NCBI GenBank assembly: GCA_965237415.1
Contig: CBDEFM010000001.1
Span: 128,001 to 192,000 of the forward strand
Source: Alphaproteobacteria bacterium
GTDB taxonomy: Bacteria; Pseudomonadota; Alphaproteobacteria; UBA828
Length of the DNA: 64,000 bases
Direction: 5' to 3'
Shown here: positions 28,135 to 36,517 of the stretch, one piece after another
How positions within the stretch are numbered: position 1 is the first letter of the stretch
How the letters are laid out: each line of letters begins with the position of its first letter
The notes under the pieces: model-generated
Databases searched by the model: none
The model's input: the letters and a program-made list of their open reading frames with translations, nothing else
Told to the model about the DNA's origin: nothing
Made by a program: the position numbers and the translations under genes

Positions 28135-29112
28135 TCATCGATCGTGACCGTCTGCTATGGCTGTTACCGGCGGTTCGGGTACCGCCGTGCCTTGGTCGTC
28201 ACCCTTTGGACGGCTGTGCCGGTGTGTTTCATCCGGAGGAGCGTGCTGGAGGCGAGCGCCGGCCTCGTCGCCATCGGCCTTGCCGTCGACGCCTTGCAGA
28301 TCGACCGAGTCGGCCGGGCTAAGATCGAACTGATTGCCGTGGGTGTTGCGACTGCCGCAGTCACCGCCCCTCCCCCAGGCTTCAGACGCTTCACGCACGG
28401 CGCCCCAGTCCAGCTCGAAGCTCAGTCCTGGCCCGTCGAGGACGGGCAGCCCGCCGCGCCGCAACGTCAGGTCGGGCTGCTTGACGATGTCCCACGCCAG
28501 AAAATTGTTCATGTACTGGTTGCCATCTTCCAGGTTGGGGGTCACCGCCGCCGCATGGGTCGCCGCCACCGTGGTAATTCCCGTCTCGTGCAATCCGTGG
28601 ATGCAAACGTCGATGTTGGCCGCCTCTGCGATATGCGCCACCTTGCAGAAGCGTAGCAGTCCGCCGGTCTCGTGCAGGCCGACAACCAACAGGTCGGCGG
28701 CGTGCAAGCGACAAACGTCGAAGGCGCCGCCCAGCAGAGCATGAACGGGGCGGCCCGCCGCCTTGCCCATGGCGTCCCACAGCGCCATCTCGAGCCCCGC
28801 GAGCGTCTTGCCTGCGAATGTGGGGGCTCTGCAAGCCTCCTCACGCCCGAACAGCGCCTGGTAGGCCTCGCCAATCAAGCGGGCATTCTCGAAAGGACTG
28901 CGCCCGATGCAAAAATCCGCCGCGAGCGAGAGATGGGCGCGGACGGCCTCGGCCGATGGCGGCGCAATCGACTCGCCATAGCCGACCACGCCCTCGTCGG
29001 TGTGGACCTCGACCAAGATCACCTCGGCGCCGTGGGTGACGCCCTGGGACCAGTGAAAGGGCTGCTCGTAGGGGATCCAGAGCGGCGTCGTGACGATCTC
29101 GCTAATCTTCAT
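28135..29112 (-). pseudogene. Mandelate racemase/muconate lactonizing enzyme family gene with in-frame internal deletion
   Basis: N-terminal domain to LEMALWDAMGKAAGRPVHALLGGA joins directly to the late barrel (FDVCRLHAAD..GG); KxK and DxN/EQP segments missing; unrelated tail after the GPGL.FELD region. Confidence 0.75.
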
Positions 29113-29250
29113 GTCCTCTCCTCCGGCGCTCGGCGCCTTCGGTCGCCTCAACGCAGCCTAAGGAGCCAAGCGCCCCACCCTGCCCTCTAAATTGGGAGAT
29201 TATATACGAAGGTCACAACGACTTGGACGCAGTCAGTGACGTGCACGGCG

Positions 29251-29280
29251 TTGACCGAGGACCACCCGGGGCGATACACT
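29251..29280 (+). promoter_or_regulatory. Sigma70-like promoter, probably leaderless
   Basis: TTGACC-N18-TACACT-N7-ATG(29288). Confidence 0.6.
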
Positions 29281-29287
29281 ATCCTCT

Positions 29288-29521
29288 ATGACCGAGGAAG
29301 AGCGGAAGATATTCAACGGCCTCGTCGCCGAAGTTTTGGTCCTGAAACTCGCTTTACTCGATCTGTACCGACACGTTCACCGAGACGGAGCCCGGGACCG
29401 ACTGGCCGCACTTTTTGCAGATGCCTTCCCCGATGCGTCGGGGGATCCAGAAGAGATCGAAAAACTCACTGCGTATTCGGGAGCAGCCAAAAGACTCTTG
29501 GATGACATCCGGGACTACTGA
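29288..29521 (+). CDS. Small helical hypothetical protein (IS cargo)
   Basis: 77-aa ORF directly behind the promoter module; no SD. Confidence 0.6.
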   Translation: MTEEERKIFNGLVAEVLVLKLALLDLYRHVHRDGARDRLAALFADAFPDASGDPEEIEKLTAYSGAAKRLLDDIRDY

Positions 29522-29577
29522 TTCTCGTTCCATGTCTGGTACTTAGGAAGAACGCCGCAGAATATAATTGGCCGGGG

Positions 29578-29808
29578 TCACGTCTCCGGGTTCTCTGGTA
29601 TGGGCAATCTTTCTCGTAGAATGTCGGCTATTGAGTCGATTCCGAGGTAAAGAAGATCGAGACGTTGATTCACTCCGTCGAAATGGTCATCAAGATCCTT
29701 TCTCAGGGATTCTATCTGTTTGACGACCGCGTCCATTCTGACCTCAAGGCGTCCCATTCGCTCTTCGAGTTTACTTAGACGTTCAGCGGGGGGTTTCTCG
29801 TCGCTCAT
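29578..29808 (-). CDS. Small coiled-coil hypothetical protein (IS cargo)
   Basis: Heptad pattern LSKLEERMGRLEVRMDAV; own promoter module. Confidence 0.65.
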   Translation of the reverse strand: MSDEKPPAERLSKLEERMGRLEVRMDAVVKQIESLRKDLDDHFDGVNQRLDLLYLGIDSIADILRERLPIPENPET

Positions 29809-29815
29809 GCGGGAG

Positions 29816-29845
29816 AGTGTATCTCCCGGAGTGAATCGGGGTCAA
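29816..29845 (-). promoter_or_regulatory. Sigma70-like promoter, probably leaderless
   Basis: TTGACC-N18-TACACT-N7-ATG(29808) on minus strand. Confidence 0.6.
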
Positions 29846-30027
29846 GCCTCCGGATCCCTAACCACCTTTACCGGTCGCAGCACCGCCCGCGCCAACTCTT
29901 CCGGAGTGGCGTCGATACTTACATCCTCCCGTAATTCGGCTCGGGTCGGCTGGTAGGTATGGGGTTTGACGCGGATCGTGGGCCGCGTCGACTTCCGCTT
30001 CGGCTGGGGCTTCGGTCGACTCGTCAC
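29842..30027 (-). CDS. Small hypothetical protein (IS1595-associated)
   Basis: 61 aa; basic N-terminus, YQPTRAELREDVSIDATPEELARAVL; same strand as transposase. Confidence 0.55.
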   Translation of the reverse strand: MTSRPKPQPKRKSTRPTIRVKPHTYQPTRAELREDVSIDATPEELARAVLRPVKVVRDPEA

Positions 30028-30115
30028 CCCGGCACGGTGCCATCGGTTCGTTTCTCAGTCCACTCCTTTCGTGACCCCTTGACCCCCGATCCCCGATCCG
30101 CCTACGCTCGTCCCC

Positions 30116-30367
30116 GTCAACGTCATGGGTACCCGCAGGTCGGGTCGCCCGCCGAATACAATAGCCTCTAGTCACCTGACACTGAAGTTGAGATCATTTT
30201 CAATTGGCAGTGTCGTCACACTAAGTCGCTCTATTGTCGAAGAATGTGGTCGTGCAATATAGTTAGCTTTATGTGGCGAACTTCAGATTCAGGTGACTAG
30301 CCCGGCGCCGGGTAGCTCCCGACGCTTAGGCGAATAGGCGGGGCATCACGCAACCCGTGACGTTGAC
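30116..30367 (+). ncRNA. Putative structured ncRNA (about 123 nt after removing the MITE), interrupted
   Basis: Promoter TTGACC-N18-TACGCT-N7 places +1 at G30116; 15-bp terminal stem 30116-30130/30353-30367 with one G.U; nested stems; no convincing ORF. Confidence 0.45.
30168..30300 (+). mobile_element. 133-bp MITE, family A, copy 1 (CTAG-bounded)
   Basis: Ends CTAGTCACCTGACACTGAAGTT / AACTTCAGATTCAGGTGACTAG; AT-rich core; about 89% identical to 31107-31239. Confidence 0.85.
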
Positions 30368-30416
30368 AACGGCCCGGCACCAGCGCCGGGACCGGGACGG
30401 CTCAGCGGGGTGTGAG

Positions 30417-30929
30417 ATGAGATGGACGATGATAATGGTCACGGCATTCTTGGTGACGACCGGGGCCGTTGCGCAAGATAATGATGCGTTCCAGCAGTTG
30501 TCCAACTACCTGACGACGGGGGACCCCCTCCAGGAGGCCAACGGAATCGCCACCGCTCGCATCTATGACCGAACGGGGTGCGTCTCTGGGATGGACGACA
30601 GTCAAGGCGGTTACGTGCGGATCTTCTGGAATAACGTCGACCCCGCCGCCATTGAGGTCAAGTACCACTATATTCCAGGGGATGAATATCTTGGGACCAC
30701 GGGCGATAGAATCCTGGTGCTGATTCTTGCGGGAGATGAGACCGTCGTGGACGCCCAAGCGAAAAACGGGCTGCTCTACCTCAGTCTCGTCATGACCGGG
30801 GTTACACCGGGCCGTCACTCTCGGGTTATGCTACCGGTGTACAACTTGGACCCAGATCGACTGCGGCGGGCACTGGACATTCTGTACGCTCGGCATTGTA
30901 CCGGGACGAAGAGTGCCGCCGCGTTCTAG
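30417..30929 (+). CDS. Secreted hypothetical protein (IS cargo)
   Basis: MRWTMIMVTAFLVTTGAVA signal-peptide-like start; two Cys; ends CTGTKSAAAF. Confidence 0.6.
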   Translation: MRWTMIMVTAFLVTTGAVAQDNDAFQQLSNYLTTGDPLQEANGIATARIYDRTGCVSGMDDSQGGYVRIFWNNVDPAAIEVKYHYIPGDEYLGTTGDRILVLILAGDETVVDAQAKNGLLYLSLVMTGVTPGRHSRVMLPVYNLDPDRLRRALDILYARHCTGTKSAAAF

Positions 30930-30958
30930 ACCAAACCATCAAAACGGGAGGGTGTGTG

Positions 30959-31378
30959 GTGAGTGAACACGATTCGTATGACCCCAAAACCGTCGATTTT
31001 TTATTGAGGGCGTTGGTGAATTACGTGAGAAGTCTCCATGGACTTGACCTCACCGAGGAGGATTACCTGTTCAAGGCACTCGATGGTACCATCAAAGGCA
31101 TGATGCCTAGTCACCTGAATCTGAAGTTCACCACATAAAGCTAACTATGTTGAACGACTAAATTCTTCGACAATAGAGCGACTTAGTGTGGCAGCACTGC
31201 TAATCTATAACGATCTCAACTTCAGTGCCAGATGACTAGCTTGAACAATCCGAAGGGTCTTGACGTCAAAAAGGCCGAAGAAATCCGGGTTGATCTTGAA
31301 ACCATCTGTACCATTCTGCAAAGGCTTCAACATGAGACTCACGATCAAGATAGTCTTCCGATTTCGGTGGATCTCTAA
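30959..31378 (+). pseudogene. Hypothetical cargo ORF split by MITE A copy 2
   Basis: GGGAGG RBS; removing the MITE plus one CTAG restores ...KGMMPSLNNPKGLDVKKAEE...ISVDL* in frame to TAA 31376-78. Confidence 0.7.
31107..31239 (-). mobile_element. 133-bp MITE, family A, copy 2
   Basis: Reverse complement aligns without gaps to 30168-30300 (about 15 mismatches by eye); CTAG at both ends. Confidence 0.85.
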
Positions 31379-31411
31379 CTTCGGGGTAAACGGCGTTCTC
31401 TTCCATAACAA

Positions 31412-32389
31412 CTATTTAGTCGGCTTCGCCCCCGACTCAAGTCCGTTATCCGCGATCAGGTCTGCGTAACGCAGCCGTTCCCCCATCAGCCCCGTCACAA
31501 TGCTAGCCATCTGGTCGATGGTATCCGCGTTCCGGGCGTTGTGACGGCCTGCAAACTCGGTCACGTAACGGTCGAGGTGCTTCGGGCTCATCTTGTGGTA
31601 AGTGACCACGTATCCCCGCTTCATCAATGACCAGAAGCTCTCCAGGCCGTTGGTGTGCGCTTGGTCCCTAACATACTCCCCGACCGAATGCCGGACGGTC
31701 TCGTGCGTATAGGGGATGCCTTTGTAGGCTGAAGCCTCGTCGGTATAAACGGTGCCCCCAACGGCGACGTGGTCGCTCACAAACGCCTGTATCGTCCGCC
31801 TTGTCGTATCCTCCACCACCCGCGCATGAATACGATTGGTGTCCCGGTCCTTGAGGCCAGCGACGATGGACTTACCGGCGCCTCCGGTACCAACATGCTT
31901 CCGGTTTTTGACGTGCTTATTTTTCTCCAAACCGCCGATGAAGGTCTCGTCCGCCTCTACGGGACCGGTAAAACCTGTGCGGTCCTGCACGAACGATTGC
32001 CGGAGCCGATGGGCCAAGTGCCACGCCGACTTCTGCGTGATCTCGAGATCGCGATGCAGCTTCATGCTGCTAATTCCTTTGAGGCTCGTGGTCACCAGAT
32101 AAATGGCGATGGCCCAGGTCTGGTAACCGAGGTTCGAGCCCTGCATGACGATCCCGGTCCGCAGACTGAACATGGGGCGGTTAGGGCAGTCGCGGCACCG
32201 GTGCGTCATGGTCCGATGCCGGATGCCGCTCTGGACGTTGAGGCTGCCGCAATGGGGGCAATAGGGACCGTCCGGCCATACCTGCGCTTCGAACCACGCG
32301 CGGGAGGTCTCGTCGTCGGGGAACATACGCAGCAGGGATACGAGGCCGATTCCCTCGCGGTCCCCCTTGCCTGGTGCGCTCTTGCCCAT
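31412..32389 (-). CDS. IS1595-family (ISXO2-like) DDE transposase
   Basis: CPHC..C..C Zn ribbon, KGISSMKLHRDL HTH, VEADETFIGG, VYTDE, HTNGLESFW; upstream TTGACG-N17-TACACT and AGGAGG. Confidence 0.95.
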   Translation of the reverse strand: MGKSAPGKGDREGIGLVSLLRMFPDDETSRAWFEAQVWPDGPYCPHCGSLNVQSGIRHRTMTHRCRDCPNRPMFSLRTGIVMQGSNLGYQTWAIAIYLVTTSLKGISSMKLHRDLEITQKSAWHLAHRLRQSFVQDRTGFTGPVEADETFIGGLEKNKHVKNRKHVGTGGAGKSIVAGLKDRDTNRIHARVVEDTTRRTIQAFVSDHVAVGGTVYTDEASAYKGIPYTHETVRHSVGEYVRDQAHTNGLESFWSLMKRGYVVTYHKMSPKHLDRYVTEFAGRHNARNADTIDQMASIVTGLMGERLRYADLIADNGLESGAKPTK

Positions 32390-32519
32390 CTCCGATCCTC
32401 CTGAATTGTGATCGGAGTGTAACACATCAGGAGTTGACCGTCAAGAGGAACTTTCTTCTAAAACAAATACTTAGGGACGGAAATCGGTGGCGATAAATAG
32501 GTGATTGCTAAATACTCAC

Positions 32520-32642
32520 ATGACTGACAAGATTTGGAACCAAATCAAGGAAGCCGGAGATGGAATCTTCGGCTTCCTGTACTCTACGGCCCCTGGCTGG
32601 ATGCTCGCTCTCGGGATCACGCTCGCCGTGATCCTCACTTAG
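32520..32642 (+). CDS. Putative 40-aa single-TM peptide (IS cargo)
   Basis: Manual translation MTDKIWNQIKEAGDGIFGFLYSTAPGWMLALGITLAVILT*; converges on 32645 ORF with 2-bp gap. Confidence 0.4.
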   Translation: MTDKIWNQIKEAGDGIFGFLYSTAPGWMLALGITLAVILT

Positions 32643-32644
32643 CA

Positions 32645-32998
32645 TCAGTCCTTCTTGGCGGCGTTCATGATCTTGGCGATGTCGTCACCGGTGAGCGCGC
32701 CACCCTTTCTCGTAGCAAACCAATAGGTCACGACGGCGGCAGCGATTGGTAGAATGGCGAAGAACAAATCCTTCGCCATAGCGTGCTCGCCTATCGCTAT
32801 GAAGTAGCCGGAGAATCCCGCCCCCGCCCCGAACAGGAAGAAGGCAGCACTGTACGTCACGCGCACACGGACCGCACTTCTCATCTTCTCGGTCTTGGGA
32901 TTCTGGTCTTGAGTCGAAGGCTCGCCACCCTCGCCGCCCGCTTGAACATCGGCCATCGAACTATACCTCTTCTTCGTGACGGCCCGCGAATCGGTCAC
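32645..32998 (-). CDS. Small two-TM membrane protein (IS cargo)
   Basis: Two hydrophobic helices, VTYWFATR; start may be the internal ATG (MADVQ). Confidence 0.6.
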   Translation of the reverse strand: MTDSRAVTKKRYSSMADVQAGGEGGEPSTQDQNPKTEKMRSAVRVRVTYSAAFFLFGAGAGFSGYFIAIGEHAMAKDLFFAILPIAAAVVTYWFATRKGGALTGDDIAKIMNAAKKD

Positions 32999-33260
32999 GG
33001 ACCGAGCCTTCTCGGTAGCACGATCAAGAGATGGGGCACAACCCCCTATGTGGAAGGTTGAGACGAAATCGTCGATTCGAGGACTAGGGACGGGGCGAAG
33101 GGCTAGATGTGGGGCATGGAACCAAAGGGTTGAGATGGATGATTCCGGGCAAATGTGACCTTCGTATATAATCTCCCTAAATTGCGGGGGGAGAGGGCAT
33201 GAGCAAAACGATACCTCGGGTGATTACGAGAAAACCGTGGGCACCGGCCACACACAGCCG

Positions 33261-34613
33261 TCACCGGCCTGAACGCAGAGACAGTGGAGCGCCGGCGAGC
33301 GGCGACACCAGCCGCACCAACTCAACCTGCCGAGATATGTCGTGCTTGACGAATATTTTCTGCACGTGCCACCGGATTGTGCTTTCCCTGCGGCCCGTTG
33401 CCGCTGCGATATCTCGGGGGGTCCTGCCTTCGGCCAACATCACAGCAACTTGGCTCTCCGCAGGCGTGAGATCCAGGGCCGCCATCACGAGTTCAGGATC
33501 GATACGCACCCGGCTTGCAGGATCGACGATCAGCACGAGCGCGGCGACATGTCGGGGGCGGAAGTCCATGCGTCCGCCGCCCACGGGGCTGACGTGCAAG
33601 ACGAGCCGCGGCAAGACGGATCGACGCGTTACCGACATCGAAGCGCTCGTACCCTGGCCGCCGCCGCGCGGCAGGGCGCGTGCCAACAGCTTTCCTGCTT
33701 ATCCATGAAGCTCAGCAAGGCTGCCGAGACGCAACGTATGAGCCATCGCGGTTTCCAGTCGCTGTGCCATATCCGAGTCCGCACCGTGCAACTCCCGCCT
33801 ACGTCGTTGTGACCTCGTCGGACTTAGACACGAGCAGGAACAAGGCATCGGTGAGCGGACTTTCATGGATAAGCAGGACAGCTTTTGCAGGTCGTCGTCG
33901 TCGGCCGGCGAGCGGGCATGGAGGAAGCCGCCCCGGTCGCACAACCCGTCGCCTTTGCGCAGGAGGTCACGGGCAGGATCGTTGACGGCCTCGATGTGCC
34001 CGCTCCGGGCCAGTTGGATTATCCCGAACCTGGAGTTGTCGAGTAGCCTGGCGAGGGACGTGCCTGCGGCCCCGGCATCGGCCAGCGCCTGGCGGACACG
34101 CACGAATTGGCGAATGTGGGGCAAGAGACGCCTGATCATGTCGAGCTGATCGGACGACCAGTCGTCGGTGCCGACAGGATCGCAAATCGCCCAGACGATG
34201 CGCGAGCCACTCGGCCCTTCCATACGCACATTGAGACCGTTCTGAGTGCCGCCGACGGGCAGCACCTCGTTGTATGCCGGGGAGGCTTTCAGCTCCTGCT
34301 CGGTGTAGAGGTCGGGAACGTGAAACAGCTGGCTGTCGGGCAGTTGCCTGAGGCGTGGGATACGTTCGTCCCAGGGGAAATAGTGTTTGAAGTACTCGCG
34401 CTCCAATTCCTTATGGTGTTCACCGCGGAAGCAGAACCTTATGTAGAAGATCTCGACATCATCGTGAGTTTGTCCCTCGGCGAAAGTCAGCATGTTGCCC
34501 TTCGTCCGGCAGGCGTCGTCGATCAGGGCGGAGGTTGGCAACCAGTGAGCGTCGTCGAGCATGGCCTCGTGCAACGATGCCAGGATGCGATCGAACGCGT
34601 CTCGTTCGCTCAT
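33261..34613 (-). pseudogene. LuxR-type HTH transcriptional regulator disrupted by MITE B
   Basis: C-terminal LTPAESQVA..LAEG....IA......TIRWHV..IF.K; removing 33694-33877 plus one TSD restores DDDLQKLLARALP. Confidence 0.88.
33694..33877 (+). mobile_element. 184-bp MITE, family B, copy 1 (IS1595 ISSod11-like ends)
   Basis: TIR CCTGCTTATCCATGAA; 8-bp TSD ACAGCTTT (33686-93, 33878-85). Confidence 0.92.
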
Positions 34614-34955
34614 GATGAGCTTTCGACCTTCGTTGTCCGGGTTTCTCCCTGGGCGAAGATCTTCACTCCTTAGGCTCCGGCAAGGACCGGACCCTGGAAG
34701 GACTCCAGAGCCGGTTCTGGCCAGACTCGCCGGACCTCCTTGGCAACGGGGGCCGCTAGGCGGGCGATATTCGCCGCAAAGACGAGCCCCACCGGGTGAT
34801 CCGCTTCAAAATAGTAATCAATCGGTGTACGTAATGCCATATCTGAGATGACTGTTTGTTAGATGTGGCAGTTTGAGCGTCTCCCTGCGCGGGCGCGGGC
34901 AGCCTAAGCGGCGGTGCGTTAAGCCGCGCGCCGGCGCGATGTGCTACCGTCGGGC

Positions 34956-36146
34956 ATGGTCCACTCCAGCGCCCGCGACGTGGCGCTCCTCGCTCTCTGC
35001 CAAGCACTGTTCCTCACCGCGACCTCCGCGGTGATCGTCGCCGCGCCGCTGATCGGCTATGGGCTCGCCGAGGAGAAGGTGCTGGCGACGCTGCCCATCG
35101 GCGTCCAGATGGTGATGATGATGGCGGCGACGGTGCCTGCGTCGCTGCTGATGAAGCGCATCGGCCGGCGCGAGGGCTTCACCGTGGGTGCCGTCATCGG
35201 GCTTGCCGGCGCGCTCGTCGGCTTCTGGGGTATCATGGCCGCCGATTTCGCGCTCTTCTGCGTCGGCACGGGCCTCATCGGCACGTTCAACGGCTTTGCC
35301 CAGTACTACCGCTACGCCGCGGCGGACGCGGCGAGCGAGGCCTTCAAGAGCCGGGCGATTTCGCTGGTGCTGGCGGGCGGCGTGATCGCTTCGGTGGGCC
35401 CTCTGCTCGCCGACTGGTCGCAGGACATGTTCGCGCCCATCGCCTTCGCCGGAATCTTCGTCGCGGTGGCCGCGATCTACGTGATGACGCTCGTGGTGCT
35501 CCGCTTCATCACCATACCGCCGCCGGACCAGGAGGAGCGCAGCAGCACAGGCCGGCCCCTGCTGCAGATCATGCGGCAGCCCACCTTCATCATCGCCGTG
35601 CTCGGCTCCTTGGTCGGATTTGCGATGATGTCGCTGCTGATGACCGCGATCCCGCTCGCCATGCACTTCTGCGGCTTCGGCTTCTCGCAGTCGGCGCAGA
35701 CGATCCAGTGGCACGTGCTCGGCATGTTCGCGCCCTCGTTCGTCACCGGCCACCTGATCAAGCGCTTCGGCACGATGACCGTCATGGCCGCCGGCGCACT
35801 CTTGATCGCGCTCTGCGCGGTCGCAAACCTTGATGGCATCGCGCTGGTCAATTTCCAGGTTGCGGCGATCCTGCTGGGAGTCGGTTGGAACTTCCTGTTC
35901 ACCGGCGGCACGACGCTGGTGACCGAAGTCCACACCCCGGCGGAAAAGGCCAAGACCCAGGCCGCCCACGATTTCATCGTCTTCGGCGGCGTGGCGGCGG
36001 CGGCGCTGCTCTCCGGCGCGCTACACGAGGCCGTGGGCTGGCAGACGATGAACTACGCCGTGCTGCCCTTCCTCGCCGCGGTCCTGGTGGGGCTCGCCTG
36101 GCTCGGGCTGAGCGGCCGCGCCGCCGCCGCCAAAGCGGCCCCGTGA
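34956..36146 (+). CDS. MFS transporter
   Basis: About 12 TM; LMKRIGRR motif A-like; YRYAAAD; IQWHVLGMFAPSF. Confidence 0.9.
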   Translation: MVHSSARDVALLALCQALFLTATSAVIVAAPLIGYGLAEEKVLATLPIGVQMVMMMAATVPASLLMKRIGRREGFTVGAVIGLAGALVGFWGIMAADFALFCVGTGLIGTFNGFAQYYRYAAADAASEAFKSRAISLVLAGGVIASVGPLLADWSQDMFAPIAFAGIFVAVAAIYVMTLVVLRFITIPPPDQEERSSTGRPLLQIMRQPTFIIAVLGSLVGFAMMSLLMTAIPLAMHFCGFGFSQSAQTIQWHVLGMFAPSFVTGHLIKRFGTMTVMAAGALLIALCAVANLDGIALVNFQVAAILLGVGWNFLFTGGTTLVTEVHTPAEKAKTQAAHDFIVFGGVAAAALLSGALHEAVGWQTMNYAVLPFLAAVLVGLAWLGLSGRAAAAKAAP

Positions 36147-36199
36147 CCGCCCGGCGGTGGTGGGCTGTTCGTCGCCGCCGCTCCCTCAGCGAGCCAGCG

Positions 36200-36270
36200 T
36201 TAGAGCGTGATTCTTGTTCCCTATCAAATAGTTATTTGAAATTGCCTTCGTTTTGCAAAAAACCGTTTCC
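36200..36270. mobile_element. AT-rich degenerate MITE-like remnant
   Basis: Starts TAGAGCG, ends AAAACCGTTTC; abrupt AT-rich patch occupying the position of the MoaD-like gene stop. Confidence 0.35.
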
Positions 36271-36510
36271 GCCGCCGATCCTGGGCAGGAAGCAGACCTC
36301 GCTCTCAGGCCGGACCGCGGCGAACAGGTCGTCCTGATGGATTTGGGCATCGACCGCGACGGCCATGCCCTCCTCCAGCTCGCGCCCGATACCCGCATAG
36401 CGGGCCTCGAGCGCGCGGATCACGCCGCGAATGTCGCTCGCCTCGACCTCAAGCTCCGTCACCCCGCCGGTATAGCGGGCGAGGCTTGAGGGCAGGACGA
36501 CCCGCGCCAA
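36232..36510 (-). CDS. MoaD/ThiS-family sulfur carrier with aberrant C-terminal extension
   Basis: LARVVLPSSL..YTGG...LEVEA...AVAVD...V.FLPRIGGG then NGFLQNEGNFK. Confidence 0.7.
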   Translation of the reverse strand: MARVVLPSSLARYTGGVTELEVEASDIRGVIRALEARYAGIGRELEEGMAVAVDAQIHQDDLFAAVRPESEVCFLPRIGGGNGFLQNEGNFK

Positions 36511-36517
36511 GACTGCG

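Larger units (their letters stand above)
29195..33176 (-). mobile_element. IS1595-family cargo-carrying element (ISNwi-like ends), 3,982 bp
   Basis: Perfect 23-bp TIR GGAGATTATATACGAAGGTCACA (29195-29217 / 33154-33176); 8-bp TSD CTAAATTG at 29187-94 and 33177-84; internal IS1595 transposase; lower GC than flanks. Confidence 0.95.

Noticed and set aside
30116-30367. HEARO/omegaRNA or integron attC site (GTCAAC...GTTGAC)
   Set aside because: Lacks the GTCAACxACCCC / GTTGACCAG context and any IscB/TnpB gene; GTTGACA does not fit GTTRRRY and no integron integrase is present.
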